Assembly: GCA_963707865.1 (NCBI GenBank)
Contig: OY970175.1
Location: forward strand, 396,305-460,304
Length of the DNA stretch: 64,000 nt
Direction: 5' to 3'
From: an uncultured bacterium
Lineage (GTDB): Bacteria > Patescibacteriota > Minisyncoccia > UBA6257 > 2-01-FULL-56-20
The translations under genes were made by a program, and so were the position numbers. Each line of letters opens with the position of its first letter. Within the stretch, counting starts at the first letter, position 1. Positions 36,417 through 46,303 of the stretch are shown piece by piece. Under the pieces are notes generated by a model that searched no databases, had not been told where the DNA came from, and worked only from the letters and a program-made list of their open reading frames with translations.

Positions 36417-36869
36417 CTACCCTCGGTATTTTTCAAACTGATCTTTGTAAAGTTGAAGTGCGCGCACGACGCCCTGGTGAAGCGGCCGCGGCAAAGCATC
36501 CAGGCGGAACCATCCGATCTCGTCTATCTTTTCCCGCTCGTTGTTTTTCACCTCTCTCGGGTCAACTTTGATGAAAAAAGGGATGAGGACCCAGTGCGTC
36601 TTCTTCCCATTCCATTCCCTCACCATGGAGTACGGCGGAAGCTGTTCCTGAATGCTCCCCGCACAACCATATTCTTCAAGTAGCTCTTTTAAAACATTTT
36701 CTTCAGGCGAAAGACCGAATTCCAACTTTCCGCCTCCTACCTCCCACCGGCCATGCTCATCCCGCGTTTTATTGCTCCGTTTCTGAAACAAAAAATTTCC
36801 CTTCCCATCGTTGCAGTAAAAAAGGGTTGAAATGCCCGTATAATCAACGCCGATTTCCATGGCTTTCAA
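36417..36869 (-). CDS. NUDIX hydrolase
   Basis: It contains the Nudix box GGGKLEFGLSPEENVLKELLEEYG. Confidence 0.65.
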   Translation of the reverse strand: MKAMEIGVDYTGISTLFYCNDGKGNFLFQKRSNKTRDEHGRWEVGGGKLEFGLSPEENVLKELLEEYGCAGSIQEQLPPYSMVREWNGKKTHWVLIPFFIKVDPREVKNNEREKIDEIGWFRLDALPRPLHQGVVRALQLYKDQFEKYRG

Positions 36870-37011
36870 AAACTATACCACAACACCGGGAGAACGGGTC
36901 TTTCGTTCTATTTAGCGCACAGGCCCGGACGATCTTCGAACAGTCCTTTCCGTGGGTATCCCAAGCTGTGAAAAGATGCCGATTTTTCATTAGGATGGTA
37001 AGATACGAAAT

Positions 37012-37311
37012 ATGAAAGAATCTTTTCCGGATTCATCGGGAAGTGCTCTCACAGAACACGATTCTCAAAAAGAGCATCGAACACCAATGGAAATTACGAC
37101 CGCCAAAGGGTCTGTTTATAAATATTTGCCAGATGGGCGTACTCAGCGCTTTAAGCAGGCAACGGGAGAATTAAACGATCCTCAGGATTCCATCGTTTTT
37201 ATACCTCCTTGGGACATGATAAAAGCACCCGCCATGAAAGCGTATCCAGAAATATTTGGGCATATTGAAAACGAAGCTCAATACGAACAAGTCTTATTGG
37301 AATACGCATAA
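37012..37311 (+). CDS. hypothetical protein (AT-richer islet)
   Basis: An ORF with no recognisable motif. Confidence 0.3.
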   Translation: MKESFPDSSGSALTEHDSQKEHRTPMEITTAKGSVYKYLPDGRTQRFKQATGELNDPQDSIVFIPPWDMIKAPAMKAYPEIFGHIENEAQYEQVLLEYA

Positions 37312-37335
37312 CTGAGTGGTCGTACCATAAGGATA

Positions 37336-37572
37336 ATGGACGAAAATAGCAAAGAGTTTTTCAGTAATCAGGAAATAGCCGCAGCCACTAATATCTTTTT
37401 GGCTTTTATTGATAGAGCTAATTCCAAAAATACCTTCACCTTACCGGCGTCAAAAGAACCCAAAATCGGATACGAAACTTATGATACGCGGAAATTCATC
37501 GGCAAAGATGGGCAAACTTATCGTGAACGGCATATCGGCAATAAAGTTGTCGACATTAAATACTCATCATAA
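37336..37572 (+). CDS. hypothetical protein (AT-richer islet)
   Basis: An ORF with no recognisable motif. Confidence 0.3.
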   Translation: MDENSKEFFSNQEIAAATNIFLAFIDRANSKNTFTLPASKEPKIGYETYDTRKFIGKDGQTYRERHIGNKVVDIKYSS

Positions 37573-37580
37573 GAATTCTC

Positions 37581-37830
37581 GTGCACGGGACAGGATTCGA
37601 ACCATAGATAGTTCAGAGTGGAAGATCTGAGAGCAAACACAAAAGAAAAGAGCGCCCTCCTCCGCTTTTGAGGAACCTAGCGGAGGCGAGGAATAAGCGC
37701 GCTCCGAGTGAGCAGAAAATTTGACGGGACCCCCGCCGAAGGCGAGAGGGTGGCAAATTTTCGTAAGCGAGCGAGGAGAGCGCCCGAGCCGAAGCGGGTT
37801 CCGAAAAAGCGGAAGGGGGCGCTTATTCTA
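37581..37830 (+). repeat. repeat family A, long copy B, 3' end overlaps secY stop
   Basis: It has the head motif GTGCACGGGACAGGATTCGAAC and a conserved 165-nt core. It ends gcgcttattctatcc, which supplies secY's final codons (IE) and stop. Confidence 0.65.
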
Positions 37831-39094
37831 TCCCCTCGTATTCCCTCACCGTCAGCTGCGAGTCCACCTGCCGCATTGTCTCAAGTGCAACGGCCACCAC
37901 GATCAGGATCGCAGTCCCACTGATCGTCAAAACTGCCACGCCCGTGACCGCCTGGACGATGATCGGCAGAATCGCCACGAGTCCCAAGAATGTCGCACCC
38001 CAAAGTGTGATACGATTCACAACACTCCCAAAGAATTTTTCGGTGCTCTCGCCCGGACGGATGCCCGGCACGAATCCCCCGCTCCGCTGCAAGTTTTTCG
38101 CCACCTCTTCCGGATTGAACGTGATGGACGTATAGAAATACGTAAATGCAAAAACGAGCAGGAAATAGAATATGCCGTACCAGAGCTGATTCCCAACGAA
38201 CGCCGTCGCGAACGCGTTGATCTTCAACCCCCAGGAAGCGGAAAAAATGGAAACGATCCACGCGGCGAATTGCGGGAAAAGCAAGACCGAAATTGCAAAA
38301 ATGAGCGGAATCATGCCCGCCTGGTTCACTTTCAAAGGCAAATAGCTTTGTGCGCCACCGTACATCTTGTTCCCGCGCACGCGCCGTGCATAGGCCACCG
38401 GGATCTTCCGTTCTCCCTCGTTCAAATACACGATGCCGCCAATGAGGAGCACCGCGACCACCGCAAATCCAAGATAGGTAGTTAAAAGCGACGGCGTATA
38501 GGATACAACCGCCGTTCCTACGAACGAAGGAATGCGCGCGAGAATTCCCGCCAAAATGATGAGCGAGATCCCGTTGCCCACTTTCTGCTCAGTGATGAGC
38601 TCGCCGAGCCAGAGCGCGATCATGGAGCCGCACGCAACCACCGCGATGTTCGTCACGAAGGCGAACGGTGCCGGGCGGTCGATGACCCCCTGCGAGATGA
38701 GTAACGTCAAAAACCCGTACGCGTTCACGATGGCCAATGGCACGGTGAGAAGCCGCGAGTACTGGTTGAACTTCGCCTGCCCGCGCGCCCCTTCTTCGTA
38801 ATACATCTCTTTGAAACTTGGAAAGATGATCGTCAAAAGCTGCATGATGATCGTTGCCGTGATGTAGGGACCAACGCCCAACATCATGATGGAAAGGTTC
38901 GCAAGTCCGCCGCCGGAAAAGAAGTTCAGAAACCCGAAGAGCTGGTTGGAATTGAAATAGTTCGCGAGCCGCGCCGCGTCCACACCCGGGATCGGAATCG
39001 CTGCGAAGACGCGATACGCAACGAGCAAACCTGCGACAATCAAAACTTTGTTGCGAAGATCCGTAATCTTGAATATTTGCAAAAATCTGTTCAT
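37823..39094 (-). CDS. secY: preprotein translocase SecY
   Basis: It has ten predicted TM helices and conserved SecY segments. Confidence 0.9.
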   Translation of the reverse strand: MNRFLQIFKITDLRNKVLIVAGLLVAYRVFAAIPIPGVDAARLANYFNSNQLFGFLNFFSGGGLANLSIMMLGVGPYITATIIMQLLTIIFPSFKEMYYEEGARGQAKFNQYSRLLTVPLAIVNAYGFLTLLISQGVIDRPAPFAFVTNIAVVACGSMIALWLGELITEQKVGNGISLIILAGILARIPSFVGTAVVSYTPSLLTTYLGFAVVAVLLIGGIVYLNEGERKIPVAYARRVRGNKMYGGAQSYLPLKVNQAGMIPLIFAISVLLFPQFAAWIVSIFSASWGLKINAFATAFVGNQLWYGIFYFLLVFAFTYFYTSITFNPEEVAKNLQRSGGFVPGIRPGESTEKFFGSVVNRITLWGATFLGLVAILPIIVQAVTGVAVLTISGTAILIVVAVALETMRQVDSQLTVREYEGIE

Positions 39095-39558
39095 GATGCG
39101 TCGCTCTCAAGTTTATCAGGTTCGTGAATACTACCTCCTGCTTTCTCAATCTTCTTCTTGGCCCCCTCCGATACGCGCATGCCCGTGACGAGCAAAGGAA
39201 ACGTTACTTCCCCGCCGGCAAGCAACTTCACTTCGCCGGAAAAATTCTTTTTCAAAAGTCCGGCGGTAACGAGGAGGGCCCGATCAAGCGTGAGAGGCGC
39301 ACTTCCGCGCATAAATGATTTAAGTGCGCGCGAAAGGTCTCCCACATTGAAGATCGCATGATTTCTCGCCATTGGTATGTTCCTGAACCCGCGCCGCTTC
39401 GGGATGCGCAGAATGATGTCCCGCTCTGCGGGCCGCATCCGCCGCCCGGCGCGGGATTTTTGGCCTTTCACACCGCGCCCGGAATAACTGCCGCGCTTGC
39501 CGCTGCGACCGATCCGCTGCTTCCTCTTTTTAATTGATTTCAATTCGTGAAGCTGCAT
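39091..39558 (-). CDS. rplO: 50S ribosomal protein L15
   Basis: It has a Gly/Arg-rich N-terminus and lies in spc operon order. Confidence 0.85.
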   Translation of the reverse strand: MQLHELKSIKKRKQRIGRSGKRGSYSGRGVKGQKSRAGRRMRPAERDIILRIPKRRGFRNIPMARNHAIFNVGDLSRALKSFMRGSAPLTLDRALLVTAGLLKKNFSGEVKLLAGGEVTFPLLVTGMRVSEGAKKKIEKAGGSIHEPDKLESDAS

Positions 39559-39573
39559 GGAGATGTGTGAAAA

Positions 39574-40059
39574 TTACGCTTTCAACATTTTGAGCGCTTC
39601 AATGGTTGCCATCGCGTTCGTGAGTTTGTTCGGCGTGCGCCCGAGGCATTTCGCCGTCGCATCTTTGACGCCCGCGAATGCAAGCACAAAACGGACGGCG
39701 CCGCCCGCGCGAAGGCCATGCCCCATATTCCCCGGCTTCAAAAGCACTTTCGCCGCGCTGTACTTCGCCATCACCTCATGCGCGATTGTACGATTGTCTT
39801 TTAGATTCACTGCGATTATATTCTTTTTTGCTTCGGTCTTTGCCTTCGCGATCGCTTGTTGGACGTCCACTCCTTTCGCGATGCCGATGCCCACGCGCCC
39901 CTTCTCGTCGCCCAGGACGAGCGTGCAGCGGAAACGGAAGCGCTTGCCGCCCGCAACGACACGCGTCACGCGCCGCATGTCAAGCACGCGCTCTTTGAAT
40001 TCTTCTTTCCTGACCGGCATCATCCTCCGATCGTGCCTTGGTTTTTGGGGCAATGGCAT
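39574..40059 (-). CDS. rpsE: 30S ribosomal protein S5
   Basis: It contains VTRVVAGGKRFRFRCTLVLGDEKGRVGIG. Confidence 0.9.
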   Translation of the reverse strand: MPLPQKPRHDRRMMPVRKEEFKERVLDMRRVTRVVAGGKRFRFRCTLVLGDEKGRVGIGIAKGVDVQQAIAKAKTEAKKNIIAVNLKDNRTIAHEVMAKYSAAKVLLKPGNMGHGLRAGGAVRFVLAFAGVKDATAKCLGRTPNKLTNAMATIEALKMLKA

Positions 40060-40073
40060 GGAATTATTATAGC

Positions 40074-40436
40074 CTATAAGGTAAGGCCGCCTTTTTTTGC
40101 CCCTTCGGCAAACTGTTTCACCCGGCCGTGGAACTTCGCTTCGCGCCGGTCAAACACGGCGCGCGTGATTCCTATCTCCAACGCTTTCTTTGCAAGGGCT
40201 TCTCCTGCGGCGAACGCTTGTACGCTTTTGGTTTTCTTTCCTGCCGCGTTGCTTTTGCCAAAACTTGAAACGGCCGCAAGCGTCTTTCCCTTCACGTCGT
40301 CAATCAATTGGGCGTAAACGTAACGGTTGCTTCGGTTTACCACGAGTCGCGGCACGGAAGCGTTACCGAAAATCTTCGCACGTACGCGTGCCACCCGGCG
40401 TATCCTCTTCTGATTAAGTTTTTTCTTTGTTTTCAT
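40074..40436 (-). CDS. rplR: 50S ribosomal protein L18
   Basis: It contains RLVVNRSNRYVYAQLIDD. Confidence 0.85.
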   Translation of the reverse strand: MKTKKKLNQKRIRRVARVRAKIFGNASVPRLVVNRSNRYVYAQLIDDVKGKTLAAVSSFGKSNAAGKKTKSVQAFAAGEALAKKALEIGITRAVFDRREAKFHGRVKQFAEGAKKGGLTL

Positions 40437-40457
40437 ATTATCCAGGATTACCCCACG

Positions 40458-40976
40458 CTACGCGGCCGCTCCAGTTGTTGCGGCCTTTTTCCCCACTTTC
40501 CTGCGAATGACCTCTCCCTGATAGCGAATACCCTTACCTTTATAAGGCTCTGGTTTTTTCAATGCGCGAATCGCAGCCGCCGTACGTCCCACCCGATCTT
40601 TGCTGATGCCAGATATTTTGATCACGTTTTTCTCAATAGCAATGGAAATTCCCTCAGGAACCTTCATGCGCACCGGTTTCGCATAGCCGAGATAGAGCAC
40701 CAATTCATTTCCTTCCAAAACCGCGCGGTAGCCGACGCCTTCTATCTCCAGCAATCTTACGAACCCTTCGGTCACGCCCTGTATCGCATTCCGCGCAAGG
40801 GCCCATTCAGTCCCAGAGGATACCCAAAGATTCTCTTCCATAACCTTCGCTGTGCCCTGCGGCGGAAGCTTTATCTTCTCTTCCCCTTTTGGCCCCCTAA
40901 CCATAAGAAAACCGTCAGTTGTGGTGGCAGTCACCCCCTTCGGTATCGTTATTGGTTTTTTCACAAGCCGGCTCAT
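40458..40976 (-). CDS. rplF: 50S ribosomal protein L6
   Basis: It has both L6 repeats and lies in spc operon order. Confidence 0.85.
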   Translation of the reverse strand: MSRLVKKPITIPKGVTATTTDGFLMVRGPKGEEKIKLPPQGTAKVMEENLWVSSGTEWALARNAIQGVTEGFVRLLEIEGVGYRAVLEGNELVLYLGYAKPVRMKVPEGISIAIEKNVIKISGISKDRVGRTAAAIRALKKPEPYKGKGIRYQGEVIRRKVGKKAATTGAAA

Positions 40977-40980
40977 GATA

Positions 40981-41361
40981 TTACCAAATTTTGAACAAAT
41001 ATTCTCCCCCGATTTTTTGCTTCTTCGCTTCCCGGTCGGTCATAATTCCCTTTGAGGTCGAAAGGATGCCCAAGCCGTGTCCCTGCATGACCGTCCGCAG
41101 GCTGCGGTAGTCCACATACTGATGGCGGCTGGGCTTGCTCACAAACGCAAATCCGCTCGTCGCGCCCTGTTTCGCAGGGGGGGCGAGGCGGATCGCGATC
41201 ACGTTCTTTCCTCCAATCGCTTCCTTCTCCGCGCTTTTCACGTATCCCGCATCGGTAAGAACCTTCAAGATCGCAAAGTCCATCATTGAGAATGGCACGG
41301 ATATCTTCCCTTTCCGGGCCCGCATCGCATTTTTGATTTTCGGCAAAAGATCGTAATACAT
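40981..41361 (-). CDS. rpsH: 30S ribosomal protein S8
   Basis: It has the S8 signature and lies in operon order. Confidence 0.85.
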   Translation of the reverse strand: MYYDLLPKIKNAMRARKGKISVPFSMMDFAILKVLTDAGYVKSAEKEAIGGKNVIAIRLAPPAKQGATSGFAFVSKPSRHQYVDYRSLRTVMQGHGLGILSTSKGIMTDREAKKQKIGGEYLFKIW

Positions 41362-41369
41362 AATAGTAG

Positions 41370-41555
41370 TTACCAGCTTGCTTTCTTTATGCCCGGAATT
41401 TCTTGGTTCGTCGCCATCTCACGAAAACAGATCCGGCAGAGGCCGAAATCGCGCATGTATCCCCGCTTGCGGCCACAACGGAAGCAGCGCCGCACGATGC
41501 GGGTCGTATATTTCGGGCGCTTTTTGCTACGCGCAATGACGGATTCTTTTGCCAT
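41370..41555 (-). CDS. rpsZ: 30S ribosomal protein S14 type Z (zinc-binding)
   Basis: The protein reads [46 protein letters not shown]. The start was trimmed from the ORF-track call. Confidence 0.85.
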   Translation of the reverse strand: MAKESVIARSKKRPKYTTRIVRRCFRCGRKRGYMRDFGLCRICFREMATNQEIPGIKKASW

Positions 41556-41556
41556 G

Positions 41557-42048
41557 TTATTTCTTCTTGAACGGAACGCCCTGCGCGCGGAACGCCGCGA
41601 TGGTCGCTGCGCGGTCTCTTTTGCGCGGCACGATGGCAATCCCAAGCGAAAACGAAACAGGCGACTGCTCGGGCACTACTTCGGGAAAGACAAAATGATC
41701 CCGTATGCCAAGATTCAAAACGCCGCCTTCGTCAACGTTTTTAAGATCCAAGCCATTAAAGTCCCTCACGCGAGGCAATACTATAGTAATCAATCGCTCA
41801 AAAAAATCAACCATTTTATCGCGGCGGAGCGTGACGCGCAACCCCACGATCTGTCCCTCGCGCAGCTTGAATCCCGCGATGGATTTCTTCGCGCGGCGCA
41901 CCTCGGGTTTCTGTCCCGTCACAAGCCCGAGGTCACGCATAACCTGAACAAGCGCTTTTTCTTCAAAGCCGGGCGTCTGGCCCAAGCGACCGACCCCCGC
42001 ATCAACTACGATTTTCTCCAAAAATTTTCTTGCCTCTTTTCTATCCAT
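41557..42048 (-). CDS. rplE: 50S ribosomal protein L5
   Basis: It contains [13 protein letters not shown]. Confidence 0.85.
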   Translation of the reverse strand: MDRKEARKFLEKIVVDAGVGRLGQTPGFEEKALVQVMRDLGLVTGQKPEVRRAKKSIAGFKLREGQIVGLRVTLRRDKMVDFFERLITIVLPRVRDFNGLDLKNVDEGGVLNLGIRDHFVFPEVVPEQSPVSFSLGIAIVPRKRDRAATIAAFRAQGVPFKKK

Positions 42049-42056
42049 GATACGTA

Positions 42057-42359
42057 TTAGGTAATTGCTTTACATTTTTTGCAGTAGCGGGTCTTCCGCG
42101 GACCGTCCATGCGGAAACCCACGCGCGTCGGATTCTTGCAATTCACACACACGAGCATCACTTTGGACGCAGGCATCGGCCGCGGGACGTTCACAACCTC
42201 GCCTTTCTGCCCCTGCTTTTTCGGCCGCGCGCGCTTTTTAAACACGTTCAATCCGTCAATGATGACACGCGCTTCGCGAGGGTACGCATGCAAAACTGTC
42301 CCGGTCTTCCCGCAATCTTTTCCGGACAGAATTTTTACATTGTCTCCCTTTCTTATGTT
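42057..42359 (-). CDS. rplX: 50S ribosomal protein L24
   Basis: It has the KOW motif MNIRKGDNVKILSGKDCGKTGTV. Confidence 0.85.
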   Translation of the reverse strand, partial: NIRKGDNVKILSGKDCGKTGTVLHAYPREARVIIDGLNVFKKRARPKKQGQKGEVVNVPRPMPASKVMLVCVNCKNPTRVGFRMDGPRKTRYCKKCKAIT

Positions 42360-42415
42360 CATGTAAGTATTTTTTTGGTTGCTATGTTTCCCGGTTACCA
42401 AATCTACCGGATTTC

Positions 42416-42784
42416 CTAAACAATTTCTTCGGCCATCGTCATCAATTTCTCGTATCCGCGTTCCTTGAGCTCGCGCGGCAAGGGACCAAAGATGCGCGTC
42501 GCAATCGGTTCTTTCTTCGCATCAATGAGAACTACCGCGTTCTCGTCAAAACGCACATACGAACCGTCGGGGCGGCGCATCGCGTTCTTTGTGCGGACTA
42601 CGAGCACCTTCACTACGTCTTTTTTCTTTACGGCCTTCCGCGGCTCCGCCGCCTGAACTGATGCGACGATGAGGTCGCCCACGCCCGCGTAGCGGTGCCT
42701 GGTGCCGCCCAAGATGCGGAAACACCGCACGGTCTTCGCACCGCTGTTATCCGCCACTTTTAAAATGGAGCGTTCCTGGATCAT
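42416..42784 (-). CDS. rplN: 50S ribosomal protein L14
   Basis: It begins [17 protein letters not shown]. Confidence 0.9.
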   Translation of the reverse strand: MIQERSILKVADNSGAKTVRCFRILGGTRHRYAGVGDLIVASVQAAEPRKAVKKKDVVKVLVVRTKNAMRRPDGSYVRFDENAVVLIDAKKEPIATRIFGPLPRELKERGYEKLMTMAEEIV

Positions 42785-43047
42785 GGTTCTTGCGAAATCC
42801 TTCCGACAATCTTCCATCGCTTTCCCCGCGACAGCGGGCGCGTTTCTTCTATCACCACGAGATCACCCTTCTTGTATTCGTTCTTTTCGTCATGTGCTTT
42901 GAACTTCGTTGTCACCCGATAATATTTCAAATACTTGGAGTGTTTCTTGAGACGGTGTACCGCAACCACGCGCGTTTTCTGCATCTTGTCAGAAACCACG
43001 ACCCCGGTTATTCTCCGCTTTTTATTTTCCTTGTTTTGCTCGTTCAT
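42781..43047 (-). CDS. rpsQ: 30S ribosomal protein S17
   Basis: It contains [20 protein letters not shown]. Confidence 0.85.
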   Translation of the reverse strand: MNEQNKENKKRRITGVVVSDKMQKTRVVAVHRLKKHSKYLKYYRVTTKFKAHDEKNEYKKGDLVVIEETRPLSRGKRWKIVGRISQEP

Positions 43048-43228
43048 GGATGAAGGTTTTTATCCTCGCCACTTTTTTCTTGAGCTCCTTGATCCCGCTT
43101 ATATCTTTCACCTTTCCCGCCGCAAGATCAAACCGAAGCTTCCGCAGGGTTTCCTTCGCTTCTTTCATCACATGCTCAAGTTCCGCGGTCGGACGGTGCT
43201 TTAATTCCTGGATATCTTTTTTCTTCAT
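43022..43228 (-). CDS. rpmC: 50S ribosomal protein L29
   Basis: It has a coiled-coil L29 signature and lies in operon order. Confidence 0.8.
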   Translation of the reverse strand: MKKKDIQELKHRPTAELEHVMKEAKETLRKLRFDLAAGKVKDISGIKELKKKVARIKTFIHERAKQGK

Positions 43229-43244
43229 GGTTATAGCGTCGCGA

Positions 43245-43655
43245 TTATTTCGTGATAATCTTACTTTTCACCGGAAGTTTAAAAGAGGCCAAACGGAGCG
43301 CTTCCCTCGCGGTCGCTTCAGGAACGCCATCAATCTCAAAAAGGACGCGTCCGGGACGGACCGGGAACACGTAATGGTCCACGCTTCCCTTGCCGCCGCC
43401 CATCGTGGTCTCGGGAGGCCTGAGTGTGACCGGCTTATCGGGAAACACGCGGATCCAAAGGCGCCCGCTCCGCTTCAAAAAGTTCGTAATGGTCTTCCGC
43501 GCAGCTTCAACCTGGCGCGCGGTGAGCCACGCCGCCTCAAGCGCCTTGATGCCGTAGGCGCCGTACGCAAGCGCGAGGCCGCGCGTTTCAACCTGGCGTT
43601 TCCGCGAGCGTCCTTTCTGCCACTTCCTGTGTTTTACTTTCTTTGGAATAAGCAT
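43245..43655 (-). CDS. rplP: 50S ribosomal protein L16
   Basis: It begins MLIPKKVKHRKWQKGR. Confidence 0.9.
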   Translation of the reverse strand: MLIPKKVKHRKWQKGRSRKRQVETRGLALAYGAYGIKALEAAWLTARQVEAARKTITNFLKRSGRLWIRVFPDKPVTLRPPETTMGGGKGSVDHYVFPVRPGRVLFEIDGVPEATAREALRLASFKLPVKSKIITK

Positions 43656-43658
43656 GAT

Positions 43659-44330
43659 TTATTTCTCATTCTTCACCTTGTCAAAAATCTCTCCCTTATA
43701 AATCCACACTTTGATGCCGATCGTGCCGTAGGTCGTGAATGCGGTCGCCGTCCCGTAATCAATGTCTGCGCGGAGGGTCTGGAGCGGAAGCGATCCGCGC
43801 ACGAGCCGCTCACGGCGCGCGATCTCGTTCCCGTCCAATCGCCCGGAAAGAAAAATTTTCGCTCCTTTCACTTCTTTGTTCTGCATCACCTGTTCAAGAT
43901 ACTTCTTCATGGTGCGGCGGAAGGACATGCGCTTTTCCAAATCCCACGCGATCTGTTGCGCCACGTACTGCGCCGCGATCTCCGACCGCTTCAATTCCTC
44001 CACATTCACGGAGAGCGCGACCGGCGCCTTGTTCTTGCGCACCTTGCGCACCGCATCCGCGATCGCCTTGTTCAATTCTTCCACGCCTTTCCCGCCGCGG
44101 CCAATGACGAGCCCTGGCCTTGCAGCCTTGATGAAGATGCGCAGGTTGCCCTGTGTACGTTCAATTTCCACCGCGGAAACTCCCGCGAGGCCGATTCTTT
44201 TCTTGATCACTCTACGGATCGCCTCGTCCTCTTCAAGATACTTCGCGTATCCGCCCTTGATAAACCAGCGCACCGGCCAGTTCTTAGTAATTCCTAAGCG
44301 ATATGAAAGTGGGTTAATTTTCTGTCCCAT
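43659..44330 (-). CDS. rpsC: 30S ribosomal protein S3
   Basis: It has a KH domain, begins MGQKINPLSYRLGI and contains GRLDGNEIARRE. Confidence 0.9.
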   Translation of the reverse strand: MGQKINPLSYRLGITKNWPVRWFIKGGYAKYLEEDEAIRRVIKKRIGLAGVSAVEIERTQGNLRIFIKAARPGLVIGRGGKGVEELNKAIADAVRKVRKNKAPVALSVNVEELKRSEIAAQYVAQQIAWDLEKRMSFRRTMKKYLEQVMQNKEVKGAKIFLSGRLDGNEIARRERLVRGSLPLQTLRADIDYGTATAFTTYGTIGIKVWIYKGEIFDKVKNEK

Positions 44331-44332
44331 GA

Positions 44333-44845
44333 TTATTTGGATGCGCGTGATTTCGGATTGAACATCCGCTTGAAGAAGCCCGGTTTCTTTTTCTCCGTAA
44401 CCTCCTGCTCCGGCTTCTGCTTTTCGCGCTTGCTTTTCTTGGGCCTTTCCTCTCCGGGCGGCAGCTTCACCTTCTTCAACACGACAATCTTGTACTTCGG
44501 CTTTAGATTTTCATTGAGACCGAGGACAAGCGTCACGTTGCTCATTTTCTTTTGGATCGGCGATGCCGAACCGCGCGCACGCGGCAAACGCCGCTTGAGC
44601 ATCGGCCCTTGGTCCACGCGAAAATCGGCAATATAAAGATGGTCCGCGTTCCACCGTTTGTTGTTTTTAGCATCCGCGACCGCAGAACGCAAGAGTTTGA
44701 GAAGGGCCTTTGCCGGCCGGCGGCGTTGTGCCATAAGCTGCGCCTCCGCGTCGTTCACGGACATTCCCTTCACAAGGTCTGAAACGCTGCGCACCTTCCG
44801 TGGCGCAATCTTCAAGTAATTTAACTTTGCGGTTTGTTGTTCCAT
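44333..44845 (-). CDS. rplV: 50S ribosomal protein L22 with C-terminal Lys/Glu-rich extension
   Basis: The core reads MEQQTAKLNYLKIAPRKVR... and is followed by a ~60-aa K/E-rich tail. The start was trimmed from the ORF-track call. Confidence 0.8.
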   Translation of the reverse strand: MEQQTAKLNYLKIAPRKVRSVSDLVKGMSVNDAEAQLMAQRRRPAKALLKLLRSAVADAKNNKRWNADHLYIADFRVDQGPMLKRRLPRARGSASPIQKKMSNVTLVLGLNENLKPKYKIVVLKKVKLPPGEERPKKSKREKQKPEQEVTEKKKPGFFKRMFNPKSRASK

Positions 44846-44855
44846 GTTTAGTAAT

Positions 44856-45188
44856 TTATTTGGACGGCGCTTTTGCGGCGGTGGCCTGGGCCTTTTGAGT
44901 TTCCGCGGCCTTGATTTCCAATTCCTTCTGTATCTTACCGCCGTGTTTTGTGAACTTTCGCGTCGGCGCGAATTCGCCCAAGCGGTGTCCCACCATCTCT
45001 TCCGCAATCTTCACCTCCACAAAGATCTTGCCGTTATGCACGCCGAACGTATATCCCACCATCTCCGGCGCGATCTCCGAAGCGCGTGACCACGTTTTAA
45101 TGACCGGCGCGTTCTCCGGCTTCGCCTTGGAGATCTTCTGGAGAAGTCTTGGGTCAACGTAGGGACCCTTTTTGAGCGAGCGAGACAT
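44856..45188 (-). CDS. rpsS: 30S ribosomal protein S19
   Basis: It begins [12 protein letters not shown] and contains [13 protein letters not shown]. Confidence 0.9.
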   Translation of the reverse strand: MSRSLKKGPYVDPRLLQKISKAKPENAPVIKTWSRASEIAPEMVGYTFGVHNGKIFVEVKIAEEMVGHRLGEFAPTRKFTKHGGKIQKELEIKAAETQKAQATAAKAPSK

Positions 45189-45193
45189 GTAAC

Positions 45194-46015
45194 CTATTTC
45201 CTGCGTTTGACAATAAACTTACTCGACTTTTTCTTCCGATTGCGCGTTTTGTGCCCACCCGTCACCTTACCCCACATGGTTTTCGGCTTCCTTGTGCCGC
45301 GCGGCTGACTGCCTTCACCGCCGCCGTAGGGGTGATCCACTGGGTTCATCGCCTTGCCACGGACAGTCGGCCGGATGCCGAGCCACCGCGAACGGCCCGC
45401 TTTCCCAATCGTAATCAAATTCCATTCGGCATTGGAAACCTGCCCGAGCGAGGCGAATCCCTCCCATTGCACACGCCGCACCTCGCCTGAAGACAATTTC
45501 AAATCCGTGTATCCATCGGCATTCGCAAGCACTTCCGCATAGGAACCCGCCGAGCGCGCGAGCTGACCGCCGCGGCCGGGCGTGAGTTCTATATTGTGCA
45601 CCTGATAACCGACCGGAATGTTTTTTAGCTTCATCCGATTGCCGATCTTCAACGGCGCTGATTCAGCAGTAAGAATCTCCGTGCCCACCGTCATGCCTTC
45701 CGGCGCCAAAAGATACGCGCGACTGCCATCGGCGTATTTCACGCGCGCAATGAATGCCGTACGGTACGGATCGTACTCCACGGTTTCTACGGTCGCTTTC
45801 GCGTTCAAACGGTTCTGCTTAAAGTCAACCGTGCGGTACAATTTCTTGTTGCCGCCGCCCTGGTGGCGCACCGTAATGCGGCCCTGCGCGTTGCGACCCG
45901 CATGGGACGTGAGCCGCTTCAAAAGCGGTTTCCACGGCTGCACGTGAGAGAGCACCTTGTAATCAGAAGTGGTCATGCTGCGGCGCGATGGGGTTGTTGG
46001 TTTATAGCTTTTCAT
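45194..46015 (-). CDS. rplB: 50S ribosomal protein L2
   Basis: It has the L2 signature. Confidence 0.9.
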   Translation of the reverse strand: MKSYKPTTPSRRSMTTSDYKVLSHVQPWKPLLKRLTSHAGRNAQGRITVRHQGGGNKKLYRTVDFKQNRLNAKATVETVEYDPYRTAFIARVKYADGSRAYLLAPEGMTVGTEILTAESAPLKIGNRMKLKNIPVGYQVHNIELTPGRGGQLARSAGSYAEVLANADGYTDLKLSSGEVRRVQWEGFASLGQVSNAEWNLITIGKAGRSRWLGIRPTVRGKAMNPVDHPYGGGEGSQPRGTRKPKTMWGKVTGGHKTRNRKKKSSKFIVKRRK

Positions 46016-46016
46016 A

Positions 46017-46295
46017 TTATTGTACGTCTATTTTCTGGCCGGCTTTCAAAGTGACGATCGCCTTCCGATACCCTTCCTGCGAACCTTTTATGTTCGCGCC
46101 AAACCGTTTCCGTTTTGGCGGACGGTTTACCACATTCACTGCGATCGCATCCACCTTATAAATTTCTTTCACCGCTTTTTTGACCTCCTGCTTGGTCGTC
46201 TTTGGTTTCACGATAAAAACGTACTTGCCAAGCGTGGAGAGTCCGGTGGATTTTTCCGTCACCCAAGGCTTTTTGATAAGAAATATGTCGGTCAT
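46017..46295 (-). CDS. rplW: 50S ribosomal protein L23
   Basis: It lies in operon order and has L23-like length and sequence. Confidence 0.8.
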   Translation of the reverse strand: MTDIFLIKKPWVTEKSTGLSTLGKYVFIVKPKTTKQEVKKAVKEIYKVDAIAVNVVNRPPKRKRFGANIKGSQEGYRKAIVTLKAGQKIDVQ

Positions 46296-46303
46296 GGCAA
46301 TTT

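Noticed and set aside
44333-45007. Apparent 150-bp overlap between L22 and S19 from ORF-track coordinates
   Set aside because: The L22 ORF call includes a spurious N-terminal extension. Trimming to MEQQTAKLNYLKIAPRKVR (44845) removes the overlap.
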